Positions 1 through 11,659 are shown, counted from the stretch's first letter. The stretch is 64,000 bases of DNA from Eledone cirrhosa (GCA_964016885.1 OZ024745.1:102424001-102488000), one strand, 5' to 3'. Notes: generated from the sequence alone by a model not told the origin. A program made the numbers and translations.

Positions 1-535
1 TTCAAAAAAGCATGAAAAGATTTATAAAAGCATTTATCTAAAAACATGTTTTATCTAGGGAAGTTTGGGTAAATTTACTTGAATGATCTTTGAGAAGTGT
101 AGTTTAGGTTCTAACCACAGTCAACATTAAAAACTAAATTGTAAAAATAAAGCTTTGGTAATAAAAATTCTACTGAATGACCTAACTTATTTGCAATAAT
201 AGTCTTTTGATAGAATTAACTGAAGCACTTCAATGAAACAAAATCTAGGTGTACTTAGATATATGAGGAAGATTACATCCCTGTGGCAATGTTGGCTTGA
301 TATTAAATGTATTTGTTTCTGATGTGATACAGCATTGATAAATATGTGTGAATCAGATAATCATTTTAGCATATCGATTTTTAATAATGGCACACAGCAA
401 GAAAGTTGAAAATGGGATACAGTTGATTAATTCAAATCCAGCATGTTACAGGGCTTTAATCAACCAATGAAGGATAATAATCAAAGTTGATTTTAGCAGG
501 AATTGAACTCAGAACAAAAAGAGAGATCATTTTAA

Positions 536-752
536 GGGCGGCGGATTAGCAGAATTGGTAGAGCATCAGACAACATGCTTAACGACATAGACTGTGGCCC
601 TTTACGTTCGGAGTTCAAATCCTGCCGAAGTTAGCTTTGCCTTTCATCCTTACGGGTTTGATAAAATAAAGTACCAGTAATGCATTGGGGTCAATTTAAT
701 TGACTTTTTCTTTTCCCCAAAATTGCTGGCCTTGTGCCTATAGTAGAAATTA
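536..752 (+). mobile_element. tRNA-derived SINE with Meta-domain-like core
   Basis: A-box-like TAGCAGAATTGG, B-box GAGTTCAAATCC, conserved GCCTTTCATCCTTACGGG..GATAAAATAAAGTACCAG block; about 11 copies in the window. Confidence 0.85.
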
Positions 753-870
753 TATACCAATGCTTTACCATTTCTGTCATACCATGTTTTATCACGTATC
801 CAAATCATTTAGACTAATATTTAGAAAATAAAACGCAAAAGTTTTAACATTTTCATTCTCAAAGAAATAA

Positions 871-1076
871 TGATTTCTACATTTAGTAGAAGGCCAGCAA
901 TTTGAAGGGAAGGGGTATGTCAATTAAATCGACCCTAGTGCATGACTGGTACTTTATTTATCAACCCTGTAAGAATGAAAGACAAAACTAACTTTGGCAG
1001 GATTTAAACTTAGATTGTAATGGGCCATAACTATGCTGCAAAACTTGGTGTTCGATGCTCTACAGATACTGCCAAT
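871..1076 (-). mobile_element. tRNA-derived SINE (same family, reverse orientation)
   Basis: Reverse-complement landmarks CTGGTACTTTATTTATCAACCC..ATGAAAG..GGATTTAAACT. Confidence 0.8.
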
Positions 1077-2102
1077 ATAAGTTACAGTTATTAAACTGGA
1101 GATGTATGATTTCATTATATTTTCCCCCAGAGCTATTTCACAATTTGTTGAAGACAAGGCAGGAAAATACTATGATGAATAATTTATGGAAGCCCATTAA
1201 TGGCATTATGATTCAAAATTTGAATCTTGCCAGAGCTGACTTACCATATATGTGAGAAATTGGACGTAAGAATCAATAAACTAATTAGAAATAGAGTTAA
1301 TAGTCAAATATGATCACAAACAGAAGTGACACCTAAAGACATGTGGAAGAAAACAAATTGAAGCAGATATAATACAAGTTAAAACTTTTACTGATGTGAC
1401 ATGAATCTATATATTGATAGTGAATGAAATAACTTATGCTCTCCATAATATAGAGCAATATTAAAATGTCATCTAATATACAAGTGATCACCTAGTTTCA
1501 TCTAACAGTACCAAAAAGTACATTAAAAAAAATAATAATCTCAACACTATAAATTCTTTATTCATGAACAGAACAAAACTAAAATGTTCATAAATGTTGC
1601 AAACACCATGGTGACAGCACATCAGAAATAAATCATTACATTCAATTTCTTACAAACACTAACTCTAAACAGTTACTTACAAAATACAAAGTACAATCTC
1701 TACTGACATTAGATTGTAGTTCCTAATTGTATCATAGTGAAAATAAGATGTACATAAAACTTAGATTAATTAGTAAACCTTAATACACCAAAAATATAAC
1801 TATAAGCTCCCAAATGTTCTATATCTTCTACAACTGATCCAATGAGGGTATCTCCATGCAGCCATTTGACATGCTAGAAATAGCTGTCAGATCTCCCTAA
1901 CATCACACTCCATGATCTTAAAAATGGCGAGGACACATTAGATAGTATAGTTGTAGATACTCATAAAGACCAGAATGATTATAACTAGAACATCCATGAT
2001 CATATCTTTACATGATCAGGGTTAATCTAGGATTAAACAATAACAGCAACAATGTTTTTACTTTTCTAAATTATCAATCAGTGTAACAACCAAAGTTTTT
2101 CA

Positions 2103-2335
2103 GTTTTATATGTCTATTGTCTCTTGCTCGAAAGCCTATACTAAATACTTCAACAAATCCTTCTTCTTCATAATATCATCCTTCTGAAAACCTTTTCACT
2201 ATCAGCAACCGCCATTCATTTTTTTAATGGCTCATATAGAGAAGTAAGGGCACTGACCATGAATTTTGTCAGGGTTTCTGAGACTGATGGGAGGAAATTA
2301 TCCTAAAACTGGAGACCTAGTTTGAATGTTTATAA
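2103..2335 (+). pseudogene. possible highly decayed Penelope-like GIY-YIG endonuclease C-terminus
   Basis: Frameshifted translation VLYVYC(L)/CSKAYTKY at 2103-2148 and EEIILK/(W)RPSLNV at about 2291-2330 resembles the GIY-YIG VIY..C..C..YIG and E..I...P.LN motifs. Confidence 0.3.
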
Positions 2336-2616
2336 CAGAATGAACTTAAAAACCAGTTGGTGGTGTTAAACGAATGGTTTGTACATTTTAATTTATTCTT
2401 TTAATTGATATGTATTCTCCATTCCGTTCGTAGACAATATGGTTTTTACTCTGGTGGTATTCTATTTGTGTATGTGTATTTTTCTCTATATATTTTCTTA
2501 TAGGGGATTAATGTGATTCTTTAACTCCGTTTTTAAATTTTATATATATATAAAGTTATATGTTAGGAAAAACAGACAAGGGGTGATTAGAAAAACTTAT
2601 CTATATATGATATAAT

Positions 2617-3125
2617 TATATCTGTATAAATACTGAAAGTGTAACCAAGACTGCACCAATGTGTATAAATATAGACACAAACTTCCAGAACATACGAATT
2701 TCCCTGTAAATTGAAAAAATGATAACCACCTTTAATTGATTCCTAGGTCTAATTGGACCCTCATCAGACGATGCATATATCATCCAATAAATCACAAGGA
2801 AACATGTTTTTGGTGGGTACAAATACCCATTCGTTCCTAATGTTATTCTGAAATGGACATAGTAATTTGCATATAATTAGCACTTGTGTTGCTAATTAAT
2901 TAAGATATATATTGAGAAGTGCAGAACCAGCCAAAGTATGTGATAAAGTTATACCTGTATAATCATAAAGTGTGTAACCAGAACTGCACCAACTAATATG
3001 TAGGCATGTAAACATGCCAGAAAATACGAAATTTCCTATATATACAATTTGGTGCAGTCTTGATTAAACACTGTATTTATACAGATATAACTTTATCATA
3101 CACTTCGGCTGCTAGTGTACTACTT
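2617..3125. mobile_element. fold-back element with direct and inverted repeats and a degenerate hammerhead, ending at (TA)n
   Basis: 2617-2703 is repeated directly at about 2950-3036; about 3036-3113 is the inverted copy (GACTGCACCAA/TTGGTGCAGTC); minus-strand CTGATGA-GGGTC..GACC-TAGGAA at about 2725-2773. Confidence 0.55.
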
Positions 3126-3127
3126 AC

Positions 3128-3189
<62 letters not shown>

Positions 3190-3336
3190 CGTGGTTGGTG
3201 TTAGGAAGGGCATCCAGCTGTAGAAAACCTGCCAGACAGTACCATACGAGCGAGATGAACAATCTTGCCTCAAGTGGGGCAATTCCCGTCTAAACCCATG
3301 CGAACGTGGAAGATAGACGTTAAACGATGATGATGA
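3190..3336 (+). mobile_element. RTE-type 3' tail or SINE tail fragment
   Basis: GGTTGGTGTTAGGAAGGGCATCCAGCTGTAGAAA...CCCATG...GACGTTAAACGATGATGAT, matching the RTE 3' UTR at 45060-45216. Confidence 0.8.
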
Positions 3337-3337
3337 T

Positions 3338-3368
<31 letters not shown>

Positions 3369-3550
3369 CACACGCATATACACACACACACATACATAAT
3401 ATAATGTGGATTATCATTCTTCTAAAAGTTTTAAGTCTGTTTCATATGAATTTATTATTGACAAACATTGGTTTCATGATTCTATGGTACCATTGTGGAA
3501 TGAATCAGTTTAAATATGAACACATGGGATTTGGATGTAAAATAACAAAA

Positions 3551-3584
<34 letters not shown>

Positions 3585-4439
3585 AGATTCCTATGCTATC
3601 TGAATACATAATATGGTTTACTAATTTGAAAAGAAAACACTGGATTCAATTGTATGGAAATAATGAACACACACACACACACACGCAATCCAATCCATAA
3701 AACAGTAAAAATATGTAAAACATTCCAAAAATTCTGCATCTAATAACTGCATATACACTTGCACAGATACAAAGCATATGCACACACACACACAACTCAA
3801 AACATCCACATCTGCACACACATGCAGACATGCATACATATCTACCTAGTTGATGTCTAAATTCCAATGAGAGAGTCTTGTATCTATGTTAGAAATTGAC
3901 TCTCTATTGGCAAAAATTTGTGAAATTATAAAACCAGAAGAACATATATACATACATAGTCTATCAGATTGCTCGTTATTTCAATGGTAAAGATATTAGC
4001 AAAGAGATGGGGAGGATCAGGAAGAGAAAATGATTTAAATAAAAGAATGACAAGCTAATGCTGAAGTAGAATCACAACTACAGCAAGAATGTGGAAGAAA
4101 AAGATAAGAAAAAGATGAAAAAAAGAAGAAAAAGGAACAAATCAGAGGCCTGGTCTTAAAGAAAATATATATATTATTGAACCACAAGACAAACATCATT
4201 AGTAATTTAGATGTATATCCCTTAATCACCAAATTATCTTAGATGAAAAAATGTGTGTATAATTCAGGATATTACGATGAAGCATTATGAAGTTTGTTTA
4301 CCATAGAAATCTGGTATCATCAAAACAGCCAAAATCCTTCATGCAAAAGCAGGAAAAGAATGGGGAACTAGTATAATCCACCCTACACACTGCAAGTCAT
4401 AAATCCCAAAGCAAAAACTTACTTTAAATTTCTATAGAA

Positions 4440-4777
4440 GGTTTGTTTGCAAGCAAACAGCTTCATAGACACCATGCATGTATGTTTTCTAGATGAATAA
4501 CTTAAACCTTTTGTTCCAGCAGCAGCTGAGAGAAAACAACCTAAAATATTGTTTCAGAGCGTTTGCTCCTTATCAAGATTGTGTATTCTCCAGTCTGCTA
4601 CTCACACAAACCGCTGAGAATATATAGTATTCTCAATATATAATCTGTTAATTAGCCTCATTTGCTTACCAAGCAATTTTACTGTTGGTTTGGCTGAAAA
4701 TTAAAAACAAAATTTGTTTTTGCTCTTAAGATGGTGGATACCTACATATATTCATGCTGTTTACTTGCAAACAAACC
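4440..4777 (-). mobile_element. decayed fold-back element with a mutated hammerhead
   Basis: 22-bp terminal inverted repeats GGTTTGTTTGCAAGCAAACAGC / GCTGTTTACTTGCAAACAAACC; internal sequence resembles 7400-7480. Confidence 0.55.
4536..4582 (-). ncRNA. degenerate type I hammerhead ribozyme
   Basis: Minus strand ACAATC-TTGATAA-GGAGC AAAC GCTCT-GAAA-CAATATTT-TA-GGTTGT: stems I and II pair, but the core has two substitutions relative to CTGATGA. Confidence 0.5.
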
Positions 4778-4823
4778 GAATATTAAGAACATTATGATAT
4801 AAGACTATTATTCTTATTCACAA

Positions 4824-5018
4824 GGGGCAGTGGATTGGCAGTATTGGTAGCGGGTCGGACACTATGCTTTGATGCATAGAGTTATGGCCCTTGCCATTCT
4901 GAGTTCAAATCCCACCAAGGTTAACTTTGCCTTTCATCCTTATGGGGGTCGATAAAATAAAGTACCAGTAATGTACTGGGGAATTGCTGGACTTGTGCCA
5001 AAAGTAGAAACAATTATT
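4824..5018 (+). mobile_element. tRNA-derived Meta-like SINE
   Basis: B-box GAGTTCAAATCC and GCCTTTCATCCTTATGGGGGTCGATAAAATAAAGTACCAG. Confidence 0.88.
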
Positions 5019-5063
5019 GTTATTCACTCACAAATACATCTATAGAAGGATTTTCCTCTAATT

Positions 5064-5257
5064 AATAATTGTTTCTACTTTTGGCACAAAGCCAGCAATT
5101 ATCCCAGTGCATTACTGGTACTTTATTTTATCGACACCATAAGGATGAAAGGCAAAGATAATCTCAGCAGGATTTGAACTCAGACCACAAAGGGGCGTAA
5201 CTATGGTGCAAAGCATGGCGTCCGACCTTCTACCGATACTGCCAATCGCTCCGCCCT
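5064..5257 (-). mobile_element. tRNA-derived Meta-like SINE (inverted relative to its neighbour)
   Basis: Reverse complement of the 4824-5018 family, including GGATTTGAACTC. Confidence 0.88.
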
Positions 5258-6589
5258 AAATTATTAATACTATAAAATTATCAATGAAAATAACAAAAAT
5301 ATTCCTATTCAACTATTTACATTTCCCAAACTGTCACAATATCCAATCAGTCAAATCTAAATTACCAACAGGTTAAGAAAAGTACACCTAACTGCAACTG
5401 TATTAACAGTAATTTATGTCTATTAAAAGGAATTTTCCAAACTAAGGAATTAGTATATTGCAGTTCAGATAATACAATCCACCAAATTCACCTTTCCTTT
5501 CATATATGAGACTAGTTGCCAGTTTTTATAATTTGATTTACCCAACACAGTAGGAAAATAACTACTTCTTTATTTACCTGTATATGGTTATTACATTTTT
5601 TAAAATACATAATACAACATTTTCAAGCAGCCTATCAAATGCCAAAACATGAGAATAAATAAATAAAGAACCATGTCAAATTTGTACTTCAGAATCTTAT
5701 GGTCTTATTACCAAACACAAAAACACAATACAAATATTTTTAGTGGATATTAGCCATGCAGAAGAACATTATGTGTTTTATATATTGGTTTAGATATCAT
5801 ATCTATAAGTTTGAACTGTGTCTATATAAGCATATAATTGATTTTTATCCCATTATATAAATTTAATCGTTTATGATGCAAAAGCAGCCAGGAAATATTT
5901 TATTTAATCCCAAGTATGTGTTTTGTTATAAGTACATATATATCTTTAGTTATAGTATATTCTGTTATGTAACTAATTATGTGAACAGGGGTTTATTTTA
6001 GCATATAAGTAATTTAACTGCAAACCCATTTAATCATACATTAATCTATTTTGATACAAAATTTACTTGAAATATTTCATATAATTCCACATGTAAGTAG
6101 GGGTTTATTTTATATTATACATAAGTATACTTATAATTAGATGTTGAAAAATGCTTATGTAAGCATATATGTAATATATCTACATATCTATTCAACTATT
6201 TGTGAGTCTACGTTGATGCAAAAGCAGACTTGAAAACTTTATTTCCTTTAATTCATTTAGCTCAGAGTATATGCATAGGATTAGTACTAAAGTAAGCATG
6301 TATAAGATTTAAACAGCATATTAATTTAACCATTGTGGAGTCTATGATGCAGTCATGAAATATTTTCTATTAGATAAATCTGAATATTTGCAGAGGATTA
6401 GCTATACATCGATATACTTGGGAGTAGATGTGTTTATGAATAAATGTAGTTGTTAGCATATATATGACAAATGTTCCATATATGTTCCTATATTTTCATG
6501 TATGTAATTGCAAGTGAGTGCATTTGTTATATATATATATATGGGTGCATTATGTATATATGCTTAAATATTCATATACATTTTACATG

Positions 6590-6830
6590 TAGGTGTCATG
6601 ACAAAAGTGAGTGCCCAGTCAACACTGTAAAGTGGTTGTGTAGGCGACACAGCAAAAAGCACCCAGTACACACTAAATATGGTTGGCATTAGGAAGGGCA
6701 TCCAGCCATAGAAACCAAGCCAAAATCAGTTCTGTGTGAGCAAATTATGGTCCCCGAACTAATCTCTCACAGAGACAGCCCATCCTACCCATGCTAGTGT
6801 GGAAGATGGACGTTAAACGATGATGATGAT
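6590..6830 (+). mobile_element. SINE/RTE 3' tail with ACACTGTAAAGTGGTTG subrepeats
   Basis: GGTTGGCATTAGGAAGGGCATCCAGCC...CCCATGCTAG..GGACGTTAAACGATGATGAT. Confidence 0.75.
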
Positions 6831-6831
6831 A

Positions 6832-6863
<32 letters not shown>

Positions 6864-7183
6864 CCAGTTAAATCCAATCCAGGGCCTTCTCACACCTGTT
6901 GGAGGAACCTCTCCTTCGTTGACCTGCACTGCTTTCTGTTTGGTTTTGGTCATGTCAGGAGTGTAGCAGTACTCACCATGCTTAGCCAGTTGCAGGTTGC
7001 TGAGGCTATTTAACCCACAGTTGGGGTGGAGGGCTTTTACAGCTCATTTTATGAGCTGCCGTGGTTCCACTGACTTTCTTCACCAGGCCAGGATCAGTGG
7101 GAGAGCCGGCTTAGTCACTGACCACTCAAAGATGAAACATGTACTGGATTACATGGTGCCAGGAGCAGGCAGAAGTATGACCT

Positions 7184-7227
<44 letters not shown>

Positions 7228-7230
<3 letters not shown>

Positions 7231-7675
7231 ATAGAAATTTGTATTTCTAAAGAAACATCGTTTTAGGAAGCTGTAGCTATGCAAACACCAGGGCTAACGC
7301 CCTCTGGTGGAGTCCAGCAGAAGCAAGGGGGACAACCGTCTATGCATTTCAGGCTTGACTGGCCTTCGTCAGGACGGTCCCGCCCACTACTTGCAGCTGC
7401 TGGACTTGAGAACAGTCGAGAATATATAGTTTTCTCATCTGTGTAAATGAGGTGATTAAACTCATTTGCATATGAAGCTGCATAAGTTTGCTCAACTTAG
7501 AATAGAAATAAGATTTTGCTTCAAGCATAGACAGTTGTCCCTCTTGCTTCTGCTGGACACTACCAGAGGGCGTTAGCCCCAGTGTTAGCTATGGCTTCCT
7601 AAAACCGTGTTTCTTTAGGAATACAAAATTTCTATACATATTTGTATAAAGCTATTCTTAAAGCGAAATCTTATA
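7228..7675. mobile_element. fold-back hammerhead element between simple-repeat tracts
   Basis: Imperfect inverted arms of about 115 bp at 7228-7345 and 7525-7638, a unique spacer, and a short tail ending in TATATATAT. Confidence 0.8.
7335..7378 (-). ncRNA. minimal type I hammerhead ribozyme (intact core)
   Basis: Minus strand ACCGTC-CTGACGA-AGGC CAGTCAA GCCT-GAAA-TGCA-TA^GACGGT: perfect 6-bp stem I, 4-bp stem II, palindromic stem III ATGCAT. Confidence 0.88.
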
Positions 7676-7764
7676 TATATAAAAGCAGTAGCACTAATAT
7701 AAGATGATTCATAATAGAGGTGTATATAATATATTTATGTATAATAAATGTACATAAATCTTGC

Positions 7765-8470
7765 TATAGATATTTTAAGCTGTGGTTATATCACAGCTAC
7801 TTCAGCAGCCAAGATAGAATAACAGACACTAGTGTTTCAGTATATTTATCCAACATCATTGATGTTTACTCACTTGGTACTGACAAAAAAAGGCTCCTCT
7901 GTATGAAACAGATGCAGCAATTCTATGGACACAACACCAAAACCAAAACATTCCAAAGAGTCATGGTAGAAAACAGTTACCGAGCATCCTTTACCAAATT
8001 CCAAGATGCTAATAAAACACCAATGTGAGCACACACCTTAAGAGATGGCATATATTATCTAAAAACAATGAGTGGTCCACTATTGCTTTCAGTCAAGCAA
8101 TCCATAGAGAGGGGCTTAAAATACAACTAGTGCACTTATGGCCCTCACTGAGTAAGTTTTTGTCCAAAGACTGACCCCTACACACAACAACCTGTGCATA
8201 TTTACTAACTGCTTCATCAATAGTGTGAACATGTATCTGACGTCTGCTTGTACCTGAGGCATACATAGTGTACAAGATACTTTGTAATAAGTGTGGTGGT
8301 GGCTCCTACATTGTAAGCACTATCCACAAACTTTATATATATAAGAATACATTCACTTGAGTGCTTCCTCTGTCACACCATAGAGGCCCTCAACAAAGCA
8401 TAACAGATTTGCATATCTAGGACGTTATTCTCATCAACAGAATGAGACTAATCATCAACAACAAACATGT
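7765..8470 (+). pseudogene. Penelope-like element ORF remnant (RT thumb, linker, GIY-YIG endonuclease)
   Basis: RVMVENSYRASF (thumb L..NGYP..F-like), REGLKIQLVH..PSLSKFLS, IVYKILCNKCGGGSYIVSTIHKL at 8265-8333 (GIY-YIG), VILINRMRLIINNK (C-terminal E..LI...P.IN); stops and frameshifts present. Confidence 0.7.
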
Positions 8471-11236
8471 TTATTGTGACTATACCAGTCTGCATAAGTC
8501 ACCTTAGTGAATGGAATGGCTTGTTTTGATCTTATTAGATCTCAGCAAAGCATATCCACTTATCAAGTGAGTTAAGGGCCTAGTTATAGTAAAGTATACT
8601 ATCTTAGTCATCATCAATGTTACTAATTAAATATATGAAAGGAAAAAGAAGCATTCAATAGGTACACTGTAAAAGTGTTATTTGTTTGATATTTCTCTTA
8701 CTTTTGGAAGTTAACAGCATAAAAATGTATATCTAAATACACTATATCTAAAAAAAATAATGGATGCGATGCTCACAGATGAAATACCTTTTATCATAGG
8801 TGTGCTCCATCAGGGTTGATTTGGAGGTTAAGGAGCAGCATGGATTTTTCTAGTAATTCTTCACTTATATTCTAAAGTTAAAGTAAGTGACTGAGAACTC
8901 CACAGATATGTGTAGCCATAAAATAATTCATGGAAAATTCAGGATGACAGTATGTGGCAAGGCTGGTCCTTTTAATTACAGGTAGAACCCATACAACAGG
9001 CTTCTAAACAGTGTCCATTTACCAATTTTTACTCATGAAGCTTGGGTTGAAGTTGAGGCTATGGTAAATGAGACTTGCCCAAGATGCTGTGCAGTGGAAT
9101 CAAACTGAACATTATGATTGTAAAGCAAACTTCTTTATTATTATTAGCCTCCATACACAAGTTTCTTCTTTACTGAAGGTTAAATTCAAGATGCTTGTAT
9201 ACTTCAATATGAAATAGTGAACTAACATGTAGAAAAAAATGGCGCCTCTTCTAAAACATTAGGATTCACCTTTTCGCATAATACATGAATATATTTTATT
9301 TGCAAATTTTATTAACTTTTTTTTTTCTTTTTGCAGACCACTAGTTTTTTTAGACTATAGTTGATTGTTTTTTGTATTTTTGTTGCATTTGTTTGTTTGT
9401 TTTTCTAGAAAGAGTAGTTGCATTGTCAGTGACCCTACTTAGCTTGGTTATAAATGACAGACATCATTCAGAAAATATGTTGTGAAGGAAATTAGAATCA
9501 ATAGGGCATGTTTTTGTTTCTTTTAATTGAATATTTGAGATTTATGAGATTTGTGTTTAAAGCAATCATATATGTCTTCTTTTCCGTTTTCTCTGCTGAT
9601 TTGCACTAAAATGTTGTTGAAAGCATTAAAAAAGAAAAAATATGGCATTTTCAGTATGTGGAGAAGTAGATTATTTCAATAATGATATTCTATCTTTTTT
9701 TTTTCTCCTCAATTATGATTCTTTGGTGATTCATAAAAGCAATCGATAAAGAACACAAGATATTATAGTCATATTTTTATCAACTGTCATACTACACTTT
9801 ACCTCTTTGTTCAAACATGCAGCAAGCAAGGAAGATTGCTAGAAATAACAACTGAGTCTTCATCAAATCACATTTTAGAAAAGCAAGGACATGTTAATTC
9901 AAGTAGTTTAGATACAATACACCTGGGGAAAATATGAGATAGTCATGACAGGAAATACTAAAAGTATTCCTAAAAAACAAATATAATCTTACTTATATCT
10001 GAAAGAACTTAATTGTGTTGTCAAATGAATGAAGCAATTGATATTGTTGTTTAGTCCTAATTTAACTTGATTAAGCAGATCTATAATGAAAGGTATTCCA
10101 GTTGTAATCATTTGTCATTTTAGGCACAATATATCTAGGATCAACAAATCATTTCTTGGTTAAGTTAGGATTTTCTTTTAGGAAGATTCAACTGCTATTT
10201 TAATAATACCGATATAAATGGTCCTTCATTACAGAGGTAAATCACTAAATCTTTCATCTCATTTTTCTGCAAACTAGTGAGAGAGTCTGTGCAAATCAAT
10301 TCATCTCAAATAACAGCATAGTATGGGCCTTCTTACCTCTAATCAGCATAAGATACATGCAAACATAAGCATAATTCTTGATAATTGAAATATAAAAAGT
10401 TACAGGGGTGGGTATAACCTCTTAAAATATGAAATAATAGAGGTGAAATATTTTTCTCAAAAGCCTCAGAAAAATGTAAGCATAATAGACAAGAGATAAT
10501 GATATGGATACCTAGGGTCCAGGCTTTGGTGAACACATTACTGTACCTTAATGGATTACAGTTTTATACAAATTTGAATAATTACATTAATTACATAAAA
10601 CATGTCCAGTAATTAATCAATAAATTGCTAAACATCTTTACCACATAGCAGCAATGTAGAAATATGCAAAGCAGTAGAGAGGGCTATATGGTGTTACAAC
10701 TAGACATATAATTTGGAATGAGTGAATGTGGATTATGTAGCGGAAAATTCAAACTTAGTCATTCTTTGTCTTTGCAAGCTTAGTCTTTATCTCAGTGTGG
10801 TCAAGGGCAAGAAGTATCAAAAACTAGGATCATTAGGTAATCAAATTAAGTTGAAATAGTTTCATTTAGGAGAATGGAACACTTTACTGGGAGAGTGAAG
10901 CAGACATTGTAGAGCTAGTCTAGGACAATAACTACCCAGGTGCTGTTTGGATAATGCTGGTGAACTATGTCACTCATTTATAACAGATATCTGAAAATGG
11001 GAACTTAATAAATTACTGTTGTAAACTTATGTGATTATCGAAAACAACCATTTATGAGGAAGATTTACAATTCTATCAATTACCATCTAACCCATGCTAG
11101 CATGGAAAATGGACGTTAAATGATAATGATGATGGAAATGATGATAGCTAACAATACTGTAAGAGAGTCTAATAAATACTTATATCTTGATAGTACTAAG
11201 AATCTATTGCTTAAAAATGTTTGTTCTTCAATAGAC

Positions 11237-11446
11237 TTAACCCTTTAGCATTCCCATTATTATATATTTACTATTATATTTTCATGGTAAACACTTTATT
11301 TCACATAATTATCTCGCATAATATCGAATCTATGAGAATTTGATATTTATTTTGAGAACAATATCTTAAATATAAGCAGCCGGTTATGGCTAGTGTGAAG
11401 AGAAAATTCTGGTCGGCTACAGCCGGTTCAAATGCTAAAGGGTTAA
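11237..11446. mobile_element. piggyBac-like MITE (TTAA TSD, TIR CCCTTTAGCATT)
   Basis: TTAA-CCCTTTAGCATT ... AATGCTAAAGGG-TTAA; three further copies in the window. Confidence 0.85.
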
Positions 11447-11521
11447 ATACTGATGTATTGGTTTAGATTGGGATTCTATGTGACTAAGTATAATAAATAT
11501 AAACAAAGGTTTTTATTTAAT

Positions 11522-11631
11522 AAAGACTGCTGACGGGTCTCAAAAGAAGTAGCTCAACTTACCACTATTATATAGGAAAGACTTCTGATGGGGGCTCAAA
11601 AGCAGTAGCTCAATTTACCACTATTATATGG
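11522..11631. repeat. tandem duplication of an approximately 56-bp unit
   Basis: AAAGACT.CTGA.GGG..CTCAAAAG.AGTAGCTCAA.TTACCACTATTATAT occurs twice. Confidence 0.8.
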
Positions 11632-11659
11632 AATCTACATAAGAAGTAATTAGTAGCAT

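Noticed and set aside
536-630. tRNA gene-like A/B boxes in SINE heads
   Set aside because: No complete cloverleaf; they continue into SINE core and tail sequence and are multi-copy
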